Assembly (NCBI GenBank): GCA_963787125.1
Contig: CAWBBV010000001.1
Span: 64,001 to 128,000, forward strand
Reading direction: 5' to 3'
Origin: an uncultured delta proteobacterium
Lineage (GTDB): Bacteria; Desulfobacterota; Desulfuromonadia; Geobacterales; DSM-12255
Length of the DNA stretch: 64,000 nt
In this document: one piece after another, positions 1 through 9,379 of the stretch
Position numbering within the stretch: the first letter of the stretch is position 1
Layout: each line of letters starts with the position of its first letter
Translations under genes and position numbers: made by a program
Notes under the pieces: model-generated
Databases searched by the model: none
What the model was told of the DNA's origin: nothing
What the model saw: only the letters and a program-made list of their open reading frames with translations

Positions 1-91
1 CCGTTTGGGTTGCCGAAAAAGCAGGAAGAGCGAGCCCTCCCAAGAGCATACTGACCATTAGACTCAATTTAACCCATTTCAGCAGATTCAT
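1..91 (-). CDS. N-terminus of a secreted protein (runs off the window)
   Basis: Not in the ORF track. ATG at 91 preceded by GGAGGGG; translates MNLLKWVKLSLMVSMLLGGLALPAFSATQT, a Sec-type signal peptide. Confidence 0.7.
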   Translation of the reverse strand, partial: MNLLKWVKLSLMVSMLLGGLALPAFSATQT

Positions 92-239
92 TTTCCCCTC
101 CGGATTTTCCGAATACGTCTGGTCACCGATATCTTCCTGACTGACCGTGTAATGCCTTGAATTAGTTAGGTTTAATTTCATGAGACAGAGGCGTCTGAAG
201 GGGGTAGAGAAGAGATCTCTCCCTCCAGACAGAAATCAC

Positions 240-794
240 CTACGACCTTGTTGGATATATTCCCATAACCGCAATACAGAGCAGCACCGGCAGATAGGGC
301 TGCATGTTGTCATGTGGAACCGGTCCGGTTGCTGTTCCCGCCTGCTGCACAGCATCGGCGGCCAGTTGAGTACTGTTCGGTTGTGCCTGATAGCTGCTCG
401 TCGGGGTGAACACCCTTCCTGACTGATTTCCCCCTTTGGAAAAATAGCTGTTCGCCACCGTCGCCAGACTGGCATTGGCAGTTGAAACCGCATTCAAGCC
501 ATGACTATGGGGTGGGAAATTGCTTCCCGTCAAAGAAACCGAGGCGGTGCCGACAACATTGCCCCAGTTTCGCGGGGTCAGCCCCGGCCCTGTGCCGACG
601 TCCATGGGTGCTCGCCCCGACAGGTTCGGCAGGCAGAAGTTAATCTTGCCGTCACCGCCAAAGGCGACCCCCAAAAGGGAATAGAGCGCCGAGTTCTGCT
701 GGATCTGCATAATCTGGCCGTCGCAGGTCGCCCAACCTAATGGGGCATAGTTAAAGGCAAAAGCCCGTATTTCTCCGATAAATGGATCAGCCAT
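240..794 (-). CDS. Tail-collar domain protein (MdpB-like), copy 3
   Basis: F-I-G-E-I-R-x-F...W-x-x-C-D-G...L-P-N-L-S-G-R collar motif, HSH motif, C-terminal HDNMQP...GIYPTRS. Confidence 0.9.
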   Translation of the reverse strand: MADPFIGEIRAFAFNYAPLGWATCDGQIMQIQQNSALYSLLGVAFGGDGKINFCLPNLSGRAPMDVGTGPGLTPRNWGNVVGTASVSLTGSNFPPHSHGLNAVSTANASLATVANSYFSKGGNQSGRVFTPTSSYQAQPNSTQLAADAVQQAGTATGPVPHDNMQPYLPVLLCIAVMGIYPTRS

Positions 795-812
795 GTCAAA
801 TTCTCCTTGTGA

Positions 813-1331
813 TCAAGATCTTGAGGGCCAGAGGCCGGTCAGGGCAATGCAGAAGTTGATGGTTAATGATGGCTGCATGTTGTTGTGCCCGGCAGAGCCC
901 CCCGCTGGCGAGAGAGCCCCGGCTGCCATGGTTGCTGCCGGTGACGCCTTTGCTGTTGCGTAGGTGGTTTTGCCCGTATCTGCCACAGCTGCCAGAACAG
1001 CCCCCTGGGGCATATTGTTGCCACCGGCAAGGGAGTTGGCCATCAGGGCATGGGTATGGGTCGGCAGTTGGGAGGTTGCCGACAGGGCAACGGCCTCGGC
1101 TCCGCCCGGTTTCCCTTCAAGGTAGGTAGCGTTGGCATGGAGCAGAGTCCGCCCGCGGAAGTCGGGGAGCTTGAAATTTGCTATGCCGTCGCCGCCGTAG
1201 GTGGTGCCGATCAGGGAGAAGAGTGCATTGTTCTGACTGATCGATAAGGTCTGCCCGTCACAGGTTGACCAGTACTGGGGGGCAAAGTTGAAACTGAACA
1301 GCCTGATTTCACCGATAAATGGTTCTGCCAT
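813..1331 (-). CDS. Tail-collar domain protein, copy 2
   Basis: MAEPFIGEIR...CDGQ...LPDFRGR...HTH...HNNMQP...WPSRS; start set at ATG 1331 after an AGGAG RBS. Confidence 0.9.
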   Translation of the reverse strand: MAEPFIGEIRLFSFNFAPQYWSTCDGQTLSISQNNALFSLIGTTYGGDGIANFKLPDFRGRTLLHANATYLEGKPGGAEAVALSATSQLPTHTHALMANSLAGGNNMPQGAVLAAVADTGKTTYATAKASPAATMAAGALSPAGGSAGHNNMQPSLTINFCIALTGLWPSRS

Positions 1332-1350
1332 AAAGTTCTCCTTTTTATCC

Positions 1351-1872
1351 CTAGGATCTTGTGGGGAAATAGCCGTTTGTGGCAATGATGAAGCTTATAC
1401 ACTGGGCCGGCATCAGATTGGAGTGGGGCTGGGCCGGAGTAGGTGGTGAAGATCCCACCGATGCCTGATTCATGAGGCTGTCCGGAGCTGCTGCCGAATA
1501 GAGATTGAAACCGCTGCTGTCTCCAGGGTAGTTCCCCCCGGGAGCCGCGACTGTCCCCGGGCCGCCAGCGCTGATTGCGTGGCTGTGGGCAGGAGTATGG
1601 ACAACTTGCAGGGTTTCGTTCTCCGTGCCGAATGAGTTGCCGATGGTTCTTGGTGTCAGCCCGGTTCCAGTCCCCATGTGCACCGGAACGCGCCCCCTCA
1701 GATCCGGCAGATTGAAGTTGGTTGTCCCGTTTCCACCGTAGGTTGTGCCGATTGCTGCAAATAGCACATCGTACTGACTGATCTGCAAGAGGCTGCCATC
1801 GCAGAAAGCCCAGTCCATGGGGGCGAAATTCCCCCCGAACATCCGTATTTCACCTACAAATTGATCACTCAT
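1351..1872 (-). CDS. Tail-collar domain protein, copy 1
   Basis: MSDQFVGEIR...CDG...LPDLRGR...HSH...HSNLMP...FPTRS. Confidence 0.9.
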   Translation of the reverse strand: MSDQFVGEIRMFGGNFAPMDWAFCDGSLLQISQYDVLFAAIGTTYGGNGTTNFNLPDLRGRVPVHMGTGTGLTPRTIGNSFGTENETLQVVHTPAHSHAISAGGPGTVAAPGGNYPGDSSGFNLYSAAAPDSLMNQASVGSSPPTPAQPHSNLMPAQCISFIIATNGYFPTRS

Positions 1873-1949
1873 CGTTTTCCTCCTTTTTGTTGGAAAATCA
1901 AATTCGCTTCACCGGCTGTTCACTGCTCCTTCCCTGCCATTTACGATGA

Positions 1950-2246
1950 TTACCCCCGAGGCGCGCTGAATACCGCCTGGTAATAGACCGCATCACTTCT
2001 GCCGGTATGGACCGGGCCGATAAACAGCTCCATCTCCCCCATGACAGGGTGCTTTACAAGGTGCGTGTCGTGCCAGAATACGGGGTTTTCGCAACTCCTG
2101 AAGAGCAGTGAAAAGGCGCTGAGCGAGCTAGAGCTCATATCCTTTACTTCGGCCAGTTCCATTGTTACCGGCTCCATACCTGCCGCTGCCACCTGAAATG
2201 CTGTCGTGATATGTGGCTCGAAATCTTCTATTTTGAAACCTGCCAT
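1950..2246 (-). CDS. DUF6916-like small protein typical of tail-collar clusters
   Basis: FSLLF...HPVMGEMELFIGPV...YYQAVF pattern; gene context. Confidence 0.7.
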   Translation of the reverse strand: MAGFKIEDFEPHITTAFQVAAAGMEPVTMELAEVKDMSSSSLSAFSLLFRSCENPVFWHDTHLVKHPVMGEMELFIGPVHTGRSDAVYYQAVFSAPRG

Positions 2247-2278
2247 GCTTTTATCCTCTCCTTGAAAATTGATCGGTG

Positions 2279-2827
2279 TCAGGCTGCATCCAGATTTGCA
2301 GCTGGCGGCCGCACCATGAAATAATAGACTTCCTTGTCTTCGCTGATCCGGAAACCGAGTCGCTGGTAGTAATCGAGCACCGGGTTGTTCTTCTCCACAT
2401 GGAGGCTGACCGGTATGCCGACACTGTCTGCCTCCTTCAGCAGGGCTTTCAGGAGCGCACTGGCAATGCCACGGCGCCGGAATTCAGGGAGCAGGGCGAC
2501 GTCAATCAGCCGGTAATCGTCAATATTGCGATTAACATAGAATCGCCCGGCCGGAACTCCATTCTCCATGATCATGTCAAAGCTGGGGTTTTGGTAATTG
2601 ACCATGTACTGGTTGTGCTGGAGGTTGAACTGCATCCGCAGAAACTGCTGCCACTGCTCTTCCGGCCAGTTGACCAGCTCCTTCTCTTCGGTACGGGTGG
2701 AAGCATAGAGCCTGAAGAGGAACTCCAGATCTCCATCGGTAATTAGACGTAGGCTGATAATGGCATTCCCGGATTCAGAAGATGATCTCTTTGCCTGTTG
2801 TATTGTCGTGTCCATACGTTCAGTCAT
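2279..2827 (-). CDS. GNAT N-acetyltransferase
   Basis: LLPEFRRRGIAS acetyl-CoA motif A; NPVLDYYQRLGF motif B. Confidence 0.9.
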   Translation of the reverse strand: MTERMDTTIQQAKRSSSESGNAIISLRLITDGDLEFLFRLYASTRTEEKELVNWPEEQWQQFLRMQFNLQHNQYMVNYQNPSFDMIMENGVPAGRFYVNRNIDDYRLIDVALLPEFRRRGIASALLKALLKEADSVGIPVSLHVEKNNPVLDYYQRLGFRISEDKEVYYFMVRPPAANLDAA

Positions 2828-2844
2828 TAGCGTTAAGTCACAAA

Positions 2845-3195
2845 TCAGCTTTTAGGTAGTATGAAAGAAGGAAGGACGAGTTGACTGAACGACCCGTTTC
2901 CGCTCAGTTCAGCCTGCCCCAGCCAGTTGATGTTGACATTGATCTGGCCGCCACCCTCATATCGGAAAACCACCTCTTCACCATGGAAGCTGATCAGTAC
3001 CCCCCACGTTGCCTTACTGAACCCGCCGATCTGTTTATCCCCGATATCCTGGAAATTAATTTCAGTAAGGCCGGGAATGCTGATGATTCCGTTGCCAAGA
3101 GCCTCCGGCCAGGTTATGGATTGTCCGGGATCCAGAATCTCTTCCAGCACGGTGATCCTTTTGTAGTAACTGTTCTTGACGGTCAGATTCCACAT
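2845..3195 (-). CDS. Hypothetical beta-rich protein
   Basis: 116-aa ORF co-oriented in the operon, with an AGGAG RBS. Confidence 0.7.
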   Translation of the reverse strand: MWNLTVKNSYYKRITVLEEILDPGQSITWPEALGNGIISIPGLTEINFQDIGDKQIGGFSKATWGVLISFHGEEVVFRYEGGGQINVNINWLGQAELSGNGSFSQLVLPSFILPKS

Positions 3196-3242
3196 AGCTT
3201 TCTCCTTGGTTACTTTTGTATTTACGTTGCCGTTTGACGGTT

Positions 3243-4058
3243 TTAAATATCAGAATACTTTTCCGGGAACCGCTCTCGCCGCAGCCGCGCAACCATGGCT
3301 ATCATCTGCGGGTAGTCGAACTCATCAGGCATCAGCAGCGGCAGGGCAATGTTTTCGCTAACTGTCTTATGTACGGCAACCTCCCATGCAAGGCTTGAAT
3401 AGTCCGTTTCCATAGACATGGCATGGATTGTCAGCTCCTGACCCCAGTAGTAGATCCGGTCGGCCTGCACATTGGCCTGCATGCGGCGCACCTCATCAAG
3501 GGTCTGGGGCTCCTCCAGGCAGCGCCAGATGTCGGCATAGAGGAAATTCACCGGTAGATCCGGCTGCCATTCAAGGGCATCGGCACGGATTATCCTGATC
3601 TTGCTGTTGATCTCTTCAGGCAGGCCGTCCCGCGCCCCGGAGAGCCCGAACAGTTCTATCACCTCCGGATCCCGCTCGATGATGGTCACCATAATCACCT
3701 TCGGATTGAGGGCCATGTTGATTGCCACCCACCCCATGCCGAGACCCATGACCACCGTATGCCCCGATGCATGGCGGCACCCCAGCTCCTGGCTCTCGAT
3801 CTCATGGGGGGAAAGTGACATCCAGGTTTCCCACTCTGCACCATTGCTGCCGCAGTCACGCATCAGCACCGGCATCCCTTGCACCATCCAGAGACCGCTG
3901 CAATAGCCGCGATCAAGGCAGAAGCCTGTTCTGGACAGACGCCATTTGCCGATGCTTCCTTCAATGTATGCGGGCATATAGTGGTCGGAGGTAAAGAGGG
4001 GGACGCCAAGCAATCCGGTCAGTTGATTCTGGTCAAAATCTGTTTTATCTCTAAGCAT
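3243..4058 (-). CDS. SAM-dependent methyltransferase/spermidine-synthase-like protein
   Basis: VVMGLGMG motif I, IIERDPEV motif II, ADALEW, ADIW. Confidence 0.75.
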   Translation of the reverse strand: MLRDKTDFDQNQLTGLLGVPLFTSDHYMPAYIEGSIGKWRLSRTGFCLDRGYCSGLWMVQGMPVLMRDCGSNGAEWETWMSLSPHEIESQELGCRHASGHTVVMGLGMGWVAINMALNPKVIMVTIIERDPEVIELFGLSGARDGLPEEINSKIRIIRADALEWQPDLPVNFLYADIWRCLEEPQTLDEVRRMQANVQADRIYYWGQELTIHAMSMETDYSSLAWEVAVHKTVSENIALPLLMPDEFDYPQMIAMVARLRRERFPEKYSDI

Positions 4059-4299
4059 TAGTTTTCATTTTCTACCAGGTAAGTCATTGTAATTGCGAAG
4101 CTGATACTTACCAAACTTTGGTTTGAAGTCAAGTATTTTTAATTGAGACTTGTTATTATTACATCTTCTGACATCTTATTTACCTGTATTTGCATAGATA
4201 AAAAATTTTGGGCCACTAAAATACGAATTTCAAAGCCTTAAACCATCCATTCGCGCTGCTCATAAAATCAAGAGCTGTCTCAATTTACCTATTGGGTAA

Positions 4300-4782
4300 T
4301 TAATTAGCCAGCCCGCTGCTCACAAGGTGACATGTGCTACACCCGTCAGAACTGGCAAAAACCCCGCTTTCCGTCCCGGCGTAGAGGGTGCCGTAGCCGT
4401 CGATCAGCAGTGACAAGATTTTTGTGTCTGCCAGACTGCCGCAGGCGCTCCAGCGACCGCCGCTGTCGCTGCCCTTGAAAACCCCGCTGCTGTAAACGGC
4501 AGCATAGAGATTTGCCGCACTCTTAACAATCGCTTTTACCCGGCTGTTCAGAGGCAGATTTGAACTTGCAGCTGTCCAGGCGCTGCTGTCGTCTTTCTTC
4601 CAGACCACATCGCCGTCAAAACCTGCATAAATACTGCTGACATCAATGAAAATCACCAGCGGCGGTTTTGTAGCATTTACTGTCAGCCCGGCATTGACTG
4701 GGCTCCATGAGTTACAGTCCCGAGTTGAGTAAATCCCCCCTTCGCTTCCAGCATAGAGATTGCCAACCGGAGCTATCTCCAC
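4300..4782 (-). pseudogene. Fragment of a BNR/WD40-like beta-propeller repeat protein
   Basis: Repeated LYAG-x-x-x-G-V-F-x-S-x-D blades; no signal peptide or good start; too short for a full propeller. Confidence 0.55.
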
Positions 4783-4850
4783 GAAAATTAAAACGCTGTG
4801 GAGGCCAGGATAGATCTGGAGTAGCTGTTCAGTATCTATTTTAAAAATCT

Positions 4851-4958
4851 TTAGCCACGGATGTCACGGATGGACACGGATAAAACCTTACAACTTTCTT
4901 AGTTTAAAAACTTTCTGGTTAGCCGTTATCCGTGGCCATCCGTGTAATCCGTGGCTAA
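4851..4958. repeat. 33-bp inverted repeat built from 9-bp CACGGATnn units
   Basis: Arms 4851-4883 and 4926-4958 match at 30/33 positions; 42-bp AT-rich spacer. Confidence 0.9.
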
Positions 4959-4976
4959 CTGTTTGTCTTGATTAGC

Positions 4977-5420
4977 TTAGTAGATGAAAGGTATCAGGCG
5001 GCGGACACGGCGGGCGTAATCCTGGTAGCCGGGGAAAAGTTGCCCCAATAACTCCTCTTCTTTGCGGGATTTCAGGGTGAATAGCAGCAAGAGCAGCAGG
5101 GTATAGCCGAGGATCAGCCAACTGTGATTCAGTAATCCCCATCCGAATGCCATTTGGAGAATGCCGCTGTAGATCGGGTGGCGGACCAGGCGGTAGGCGC
5201 CATGCCCCAGAAGAACGCTCCCGGCTTTGGGGCAGATGAAAGGGGTGAGGTTGCGACCGAGATTAAAGCTGCCAGCTGCGGCCAGCAGGGTTCCGGTAAT
5301 CATCAGGCTTATACCGGCGTATCTGCCGATAATCCGCCAGCCGCTGCTCCAGGGGGGAAGAAAAGGGAGTGTCTGCGGCCCCAGGATTATCAGGGTAAAG
5401 AGGGCGAACTGACAAAGCAC
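4977..5420 (-). CDS. Isoprenylcysteine carboxyl methyltransferase (ICMT/PEMT) family membrane protein
   Basis: GAYRLVRHPIYSG and EEELL...YQDY motifs, hydrophobic helices. Confidence 0.85.
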   Translation of the reverse strand: MLCQFALFTLIILGPQTLPFLPPWSSGWRIIGRYAGISLMITGTLLAAAGSFNLGRNLTPFICPKAGSVLLGHGAYRLVRHPIYSGILQMAFGWGLLNHSWLILGYTLLLLLLFTLKSRKEEELLGQLFPGYQDYARRVRRLIPFIY

Positions 5421-5464
5421 GAACAGCTCACCGCGGCTATTTTGCCACCAGGGGGGGCGGATAA

Positions 5465-6904
5465 TTACCCCTTCAGCTTTGCCAGCAGCAGCTCGTTGAC
5501 CACCGCCGGGTTGGCCTTCCCTTTGGAGGCGCGCATGACTTGCCCGACAAAAAAGACCAGAACCTTTTCCTTGCCGCCGCGGTACTCTTCCACCTGCCCC
5601 ATGTTGGCGGCCATGATCTCATCAATTATCGCTTCAATCGCTCCCGTATCCGAGACCTGGACCAGACCTTTTTCGGCAACAATCACCTCTGCTCTTTTGC
5701 CGCTCTGCCACATCTCATCGAAGACCGTTTTTGCCATCTTGACGGAGACCGTCCCTTTCTCTACCAGAGCAAGGAGTTCGGCCAGCAGCGCCGGTGCTAC
5801 CGGGCAGGCGGTTATCTCCTGGCTGTTGTCGTTCAGTCCGCGGGTCACCTCGCCCATAACCCAGTTGGCAGCGGCTTTCGGCTGGGAACCGGCGGCAAGG
5901 AGCGCTTCATAGTATTCCGCCAGCTCTCTGGTGGCGGTCAAAACCTCAGCGTCGTACAGGGAGAGGCCAAGCTCAGCCTGGTAGCGGCTGAATTTTGCTT
6001 CCGGCAGCTCCGGCAAGGAGAGTCTGGTGTCTTCTACCCAATCGTTGGAAATTACCAGCGGTACCAGATCGGGATCGGGGAAGTAACGGTAGTCGTGGGC
6101 ATCTTCTTTGCCGCGCATGGAGCGGGTTTTGCCGCTGTTGGGATCAAAGAGACGGGTCTCCTGGACAATTTTGCCGCCATCTTCAATCACCTCGATCTGG
6201 CGCTCAATCTCGTACTCAATCGCCTGTTTGACAAAGCGGAACGAGTTGACGTTCTTGGTTTCAGTTCTGGTGCCGAACTTGTCTGCGCCTGCGAGCATGA
6301 CCGAGACGTTGGCGTCACAGCGAAAGCTCCCCTCCTCCATGTTGCCGTCGCAGATGCCCAGGTAGACGACAATCTGGTGAAGTTTCTTTAAGTAGGCAAC
6401 CGCTTCATCGGCAGTTCTGATGTCCGGCTCGGAGACAATCTCCAGCAGCGGGGTACAGGCGCGGTTCAGGTCGACGCCGGAACCGTTCCCCAGTCCCGAC
6501 ACATCGCTATGGACGAGTTTGCCGGCGTCCTCTTCCATATGAATCCGGGTGATGCCGATCCGCTTGCCGATTCCGTTCACCTCGATATCCAGGTGGCCAT
6601 GCTCACAGATGGGGAGCTCGAACTGGCTGATCTGGTAACCTTTCGGCAGATCGGGATAGAAGTAGTTCTTCCGGGCAAAGACCGAGCGGGGGGCGATGGC
6701 GCAATTGGTTGCCAGTCCGGCCTTGATGGCGTACTCCACGACTTTCTTGTTCAGCACCGGCAGTGCCCCGGGCAGACCAAGGCAGACCGGACAGGTCTGT
6801 GAGTTGGGGCTGGCGCCGAACTCTGTTGAGCAGCCACAGAAAATCTTGGTGTTGGTTTTCAGCTGGACATGGACTTCAAGACCGATAACGGGTTGGTATT
6901 TCAT
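5465..6904 (-). CDS. gatB: Asp/Glu-tRNA amidotransferase subunit B
   Basis: [36 protein letters not shown]. Confidence 0.99.
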   Translation of the reverse strand: MKYQPVIGLEVHVQLKTNTKIFCGCSTEFGASPNSQTCPVCLGLPGALPVLNKKVVEYAIKAGLATNCAIAPRSVFARKNYFYPDLPKGYQISQFELPICEHGHLDIEVNGIGKRIGITRIHMEEDAGKLVHSDVSGLGNGSGVDLNRACTPLLEIVSEPDIRTADEAVAYLKKLHQIVVYLGICDGNMEEGSFRCDANVSVMLAGADKFGTRTETKNVNSFRFVKQAIEYEIERQIEVIEDGGKIVQETRLFDPNSGKTRSMRGKEDAHDYRYFPDPDLVPLVISNDWVEDTRLSLPELPEAKFSRYQAELGLSLYDAEVLTATRELAEYYEALLAAGSQPKAAANWVMGEVTRGLNDNSQEITACPVAPALLAELLALVEKGTVSVKMAKTVFDEMWQSGKRAEVIVAEKGLVQVSDTGAIEAIIDEIMAANMGQVEEYRGGKEKVLVFFVGQVMRASKGKANPAVVNELLLAKLKG

Positions 6905-6919
6905 ATGTTAACTCCGGAT

Positions 6920-8377
6920 TTAGATCGTTGCTTTCAGTTTATGCCACCCTGTCGCCTGTTCAAAGGCAAAGGCCGCGCGGATGATCGTCTCTTCGCCGAA
7001 CGGCTTGCCGATCAGCTGCAGGCCGATGGGGAGCCCTTTGCTACTTAGCCCGGCAGGGACTGAAATTCCGCAGGTACCGGCCAGGTTGACCGGTATAGTG
7101 AAGATATCTGACAGATACATCTGCAAGGGATCGCTGCTCTTTTCGCCGATTTTAAAGGCCGGCGTTGGCGCCACCGGGGTGAGGATGACATCAACCTTCT
7201 CGAACGCCTTGAGAAAATCCTGCATGATGAGCGTCCGCACCTTCTGGGCCTTGATATAGTAGGCGTCGTAGTAACCGGAGGAGAGCGCGTAGGTGCCGAG
7301 CATAATCCGCCGCTTGACCTCGGTGCCGAACCCCTCTGCCCGGCTTTTCATGTACATCTCTTTCAGCCCGGAGCAGTCCACAGCCCTGTGGCCGAACCTG
7401 ACGCCGTCATAGCGGGCAAGGTTTGAGCTGGCTTCAGCCGTGGCAATCAGGTAGTAGCAGGCAACAGCATAGTCGGTGTGAGGGAGAGAGATATCGATGA
7501 ATTCGGCGCCAAGACCCCGATAGGTCTCAATGGCAAGCTCCATGGTTTTTTTAACGTCAGAATCAAGGCCGCCCTGGTAATACTCTTTCGGCAGGCCGAT
7601 CTTCAGCCCCTTGACGTCCGGTCGCAACGCTGCCAGGTAATCCGGCACGGGCCGGTCAACACTGGTGGAGTCCAATGGATCATGACCGGCGATTGCGCCG
7701 AGCATGATGGCAGCGTCGCGCACATCGCGGGTCATGGGGCCGACCTGGTCAAGCGACGAAGCATAGGCTATGACACCGTAGCGGGAAACACGGCCGTAGG
7801 TCGGCTTCAGGCCGACGCAGCCGCAGTGCGACGCCGGTTGGCGGATCGAACCGCCGGTATCGGTGCCGAGAGTGGCAATTGCCTGCTGAGCCGCAATGGC
7901 AGCGGCAGAGCCACCGGATGATCCGCCGGGAATGCAGTCGGTATCCCATGGATTACGGGTGACGCCGAAGGCACTCCCTTCACAGGACGAGCCCATGGCA
8001 AATTCATCCTGGTTAAGCTTGCCAAGGAGAACTGCGCCGCTACCTTTGAGCTTCTGCCAGGCGGTCGAATCGTAAGGGGCAATGAAGTCGCCCAGGATCT
8101 TCGAGGCACAGGTGGTGCGAATCCCTTTGGTCAGGAAAATATCTTTGAGGGCAAGCGGAATCCCGGTGAGAAGATTCATCTCCCCCTGGGCGATCTTTTT
8201 GTCGGCCTCGGCGGCGCTCGCCAGCGCCTCTTTCTCCGCAACAGTTATAAAGGCGTTTATTTTTGCATCGGTTGCCGCTATCCGGGCAAGCATCGCTGTT
8301 GTAACCTCAACTGAGGAGAGCTCTTTCTTCTCCAGCTTGTCATGCAGCTCATGGATGGTGAGTTCAAATAGTTCCAT
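6920..8377 (-). CDS. gatA: Asp/Glu-tRNA amidotransferase subunit A
   Basis: Amidase signature [18 protein letters not shown]. Confidence 0.99.
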   Translation of the reverse strand: MELFELTIHELHDKLEKKELSSVEVTTAMLARIAATDAKINAFITVAEKEALASAAEADKKIAQGEMNLLTGIPLALKDIFLTKGIRTTCASKILGDFIAPYDSTAWQKLKGSGAVLLGKLNQDEFAMGSSCEGSAFGVTRNPWDTDCIPGGSSGGSAAAIAAQQAIATLGTDTGGSIRQPASHCGCVGLKPTYGRVSRYGVIAYASSLDQVGPMTRDVRDAAIMLGAIAGHDPLDSTSVDRPVPDYLAALRPDVKGLKIGLPKEYYQGGLDSDVKKTMELAIETYRGLGAEFIDISLPHTDYAVACYYLIATAEASSNLARYDGVRFGHRAVDCSGLKEMYMKSRAEGFGTEVKRRIMLGTYALSSGYYDAYYIKAQKVRTLIMQDFLKAFEKVDVILTPVAPTPAFKIGEKSSDPLQMYLSDIFTIPVNLAGTCGISVPAGLSSKGLPIGLQLIGKPFGEETIIRAAFAFEQATGWHKLKATI

Positions 8378-8421
8378 TTGTGTAAATCTCCTCTTAAAAG
8401 CAGGTAAAGATAATCAGGTAA

Positions 8422-8466
8422 AGGTAAAGGTAGAGGTAAAGAATTTCTTTACCTCTACCTTTACCT
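8422..8466. repeat. Perfect 22-bp palindrome built from 6-bp AGGTAR units
   Basis: AGGTAAAGGTAGAGGTAAAGAA-T-TTCTTTACCTCTACCTTTACCT between gatC and gatA. Confidence 0.95.
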
Positions 8467-8480
8467 CTATCTGGTCTTTA

Positions 8481-8768
8481 CTATTCTATGACCTGCGGCA
8501 CCTTGAAGAATCCCTCGGTACTTTCCGGGGCGTTTGCCAAGGCGTTTTCTGTGCCGATTGACGGGCGGACTTCGTCAGCGCGGAAAGCATTCTCCATCGG
8601 GACAGCATGAGAGGTCGGGATAATATTGTCAGTGTTAAGCTCTGAAAGCTTGTCCACATAGGCAAGAATTGCATCCATCTGACCGGTGAACAGTGAAATC
8701 TCGTTATCATCAAGCTTGAGGCGGGCAAGAGTGGCAACATGTTCTACCTCTTGTCTGGTTATCTTCAT
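8481..8768 (-). CDS. gatC: Asp/Glu-tRNA amidotransferase subunit C
   Basis: MKITRQEVEHVATLARL...FFKVPQVIE; start at ATG 8768. Confidence 0.97.
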   Translation of the reverse strand: MKITRQEVEHVATLARLKLDDNEISLFTGQMDAILAYVDKLSELNTDNIIPTSHAVPMENAFRADEVRPSIGTENALANAPESTEGFFKVPQVIE

Positions 8769-8856
8769 AACGGCTCCTGATCTTGCGTAAAGTCTGGAAA
8801 GAAGGGTCTTTTCTAGCACGTATGCCGGTAAAAGGCAAGCCGGCAGGGTGGATGTT

Positions 8857-8886
8857 TTTGCAATATTGTTTCAGAAATATTGCAAA
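8857..8886. promoter_or_regulatory. 11-bp inverted repeat, possible operator
   Basis: TTTGCAATATT-N8-AATATTGCAAA in the divergent gatC/cytochrome intergenic region. Confidence 0.5.
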
Positions 8887-8937
8887 GATCTAGATACCTG
8901 TTATAAAGAGAGCACCATCACTTTACGGAGGTAAACT

Positions 8938-9201
8938 ATGAAAAAGAGTCTTGCAGTTATTTCTGCGGTTTCGCTGCTGGGATTTGCAGCTGCAGCAGGT
9001 GCAGCACCGGTGATCGACGGGGCCAAGCTGCTTGATGAGCGCTGTTCGGTATGTCACAAGTCAGATCGTCCGAAAGCTGCCAAAAAGAGCAAGGCTGAAT
9101 GGGAGAAGACTGTTTCCAGAATGATCGGTAAAGGGGCAAAGTTGACTGCGGAGGAGAAGAAGGCTTTGGTGGAGCATCTGGCAAAGACTTACAAGCCATA
9201 A
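8938..9201 (+). CDS. Small monoheme c-type cytochrome
   Basis: Signal peptide, CSVCH, distal Met (RMIGKGA). Confidence 0.88.
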   Translation: MKKSLAVISAVSLLGFAAAAGAAPVIDGAKLLDERCSVCHKSDRPKAAKKSKAEWEKTVSRMIGKGAKLTAEEKKALVEHLAKTYKP

Positions 9202-9233
9202 GCAATTTTGGATAAAGTAGTCCAGTTACAATC

Positions 9234-9266
9234 AAAGGGGGGGTGCTTGTAAAGTGCCTCCCCTTT
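9234..9266 (+). terminator. Probable intrinsic terminator
   Basis: GC-rich hairpin AAAGGGGGGGTGCT...AGTGCCTCCCCTTT after the cytochrome gene. Confidence 0.55.
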
Positions 9267-9317
9267 ACCTTGGACTTAAGCTAATTGCAGTAATGCTATT
9301 TTTCCACAAATAAAAAC

Positions 9318-9346
9318 TTGACAAACATTAATCTAATGTCTAAATT
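9318..9346 (+). promoter_or_regulatory. sigma70-type promoter of the R-M operon
   Basis: TTGACA-17-TAAATT; the spacer contains the palindrome ACATTA-atc-TAATGT. Confidence 0.65.
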
Positions 9347-9379
9347 GCAATTACGCTATTATTGCAAATGTGGAGATTT

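Noticed and set aside
240..1872. Prophage tail region
   Set aside because: No capsid, terminase, sheath, tape-measure or integrase genes in the window
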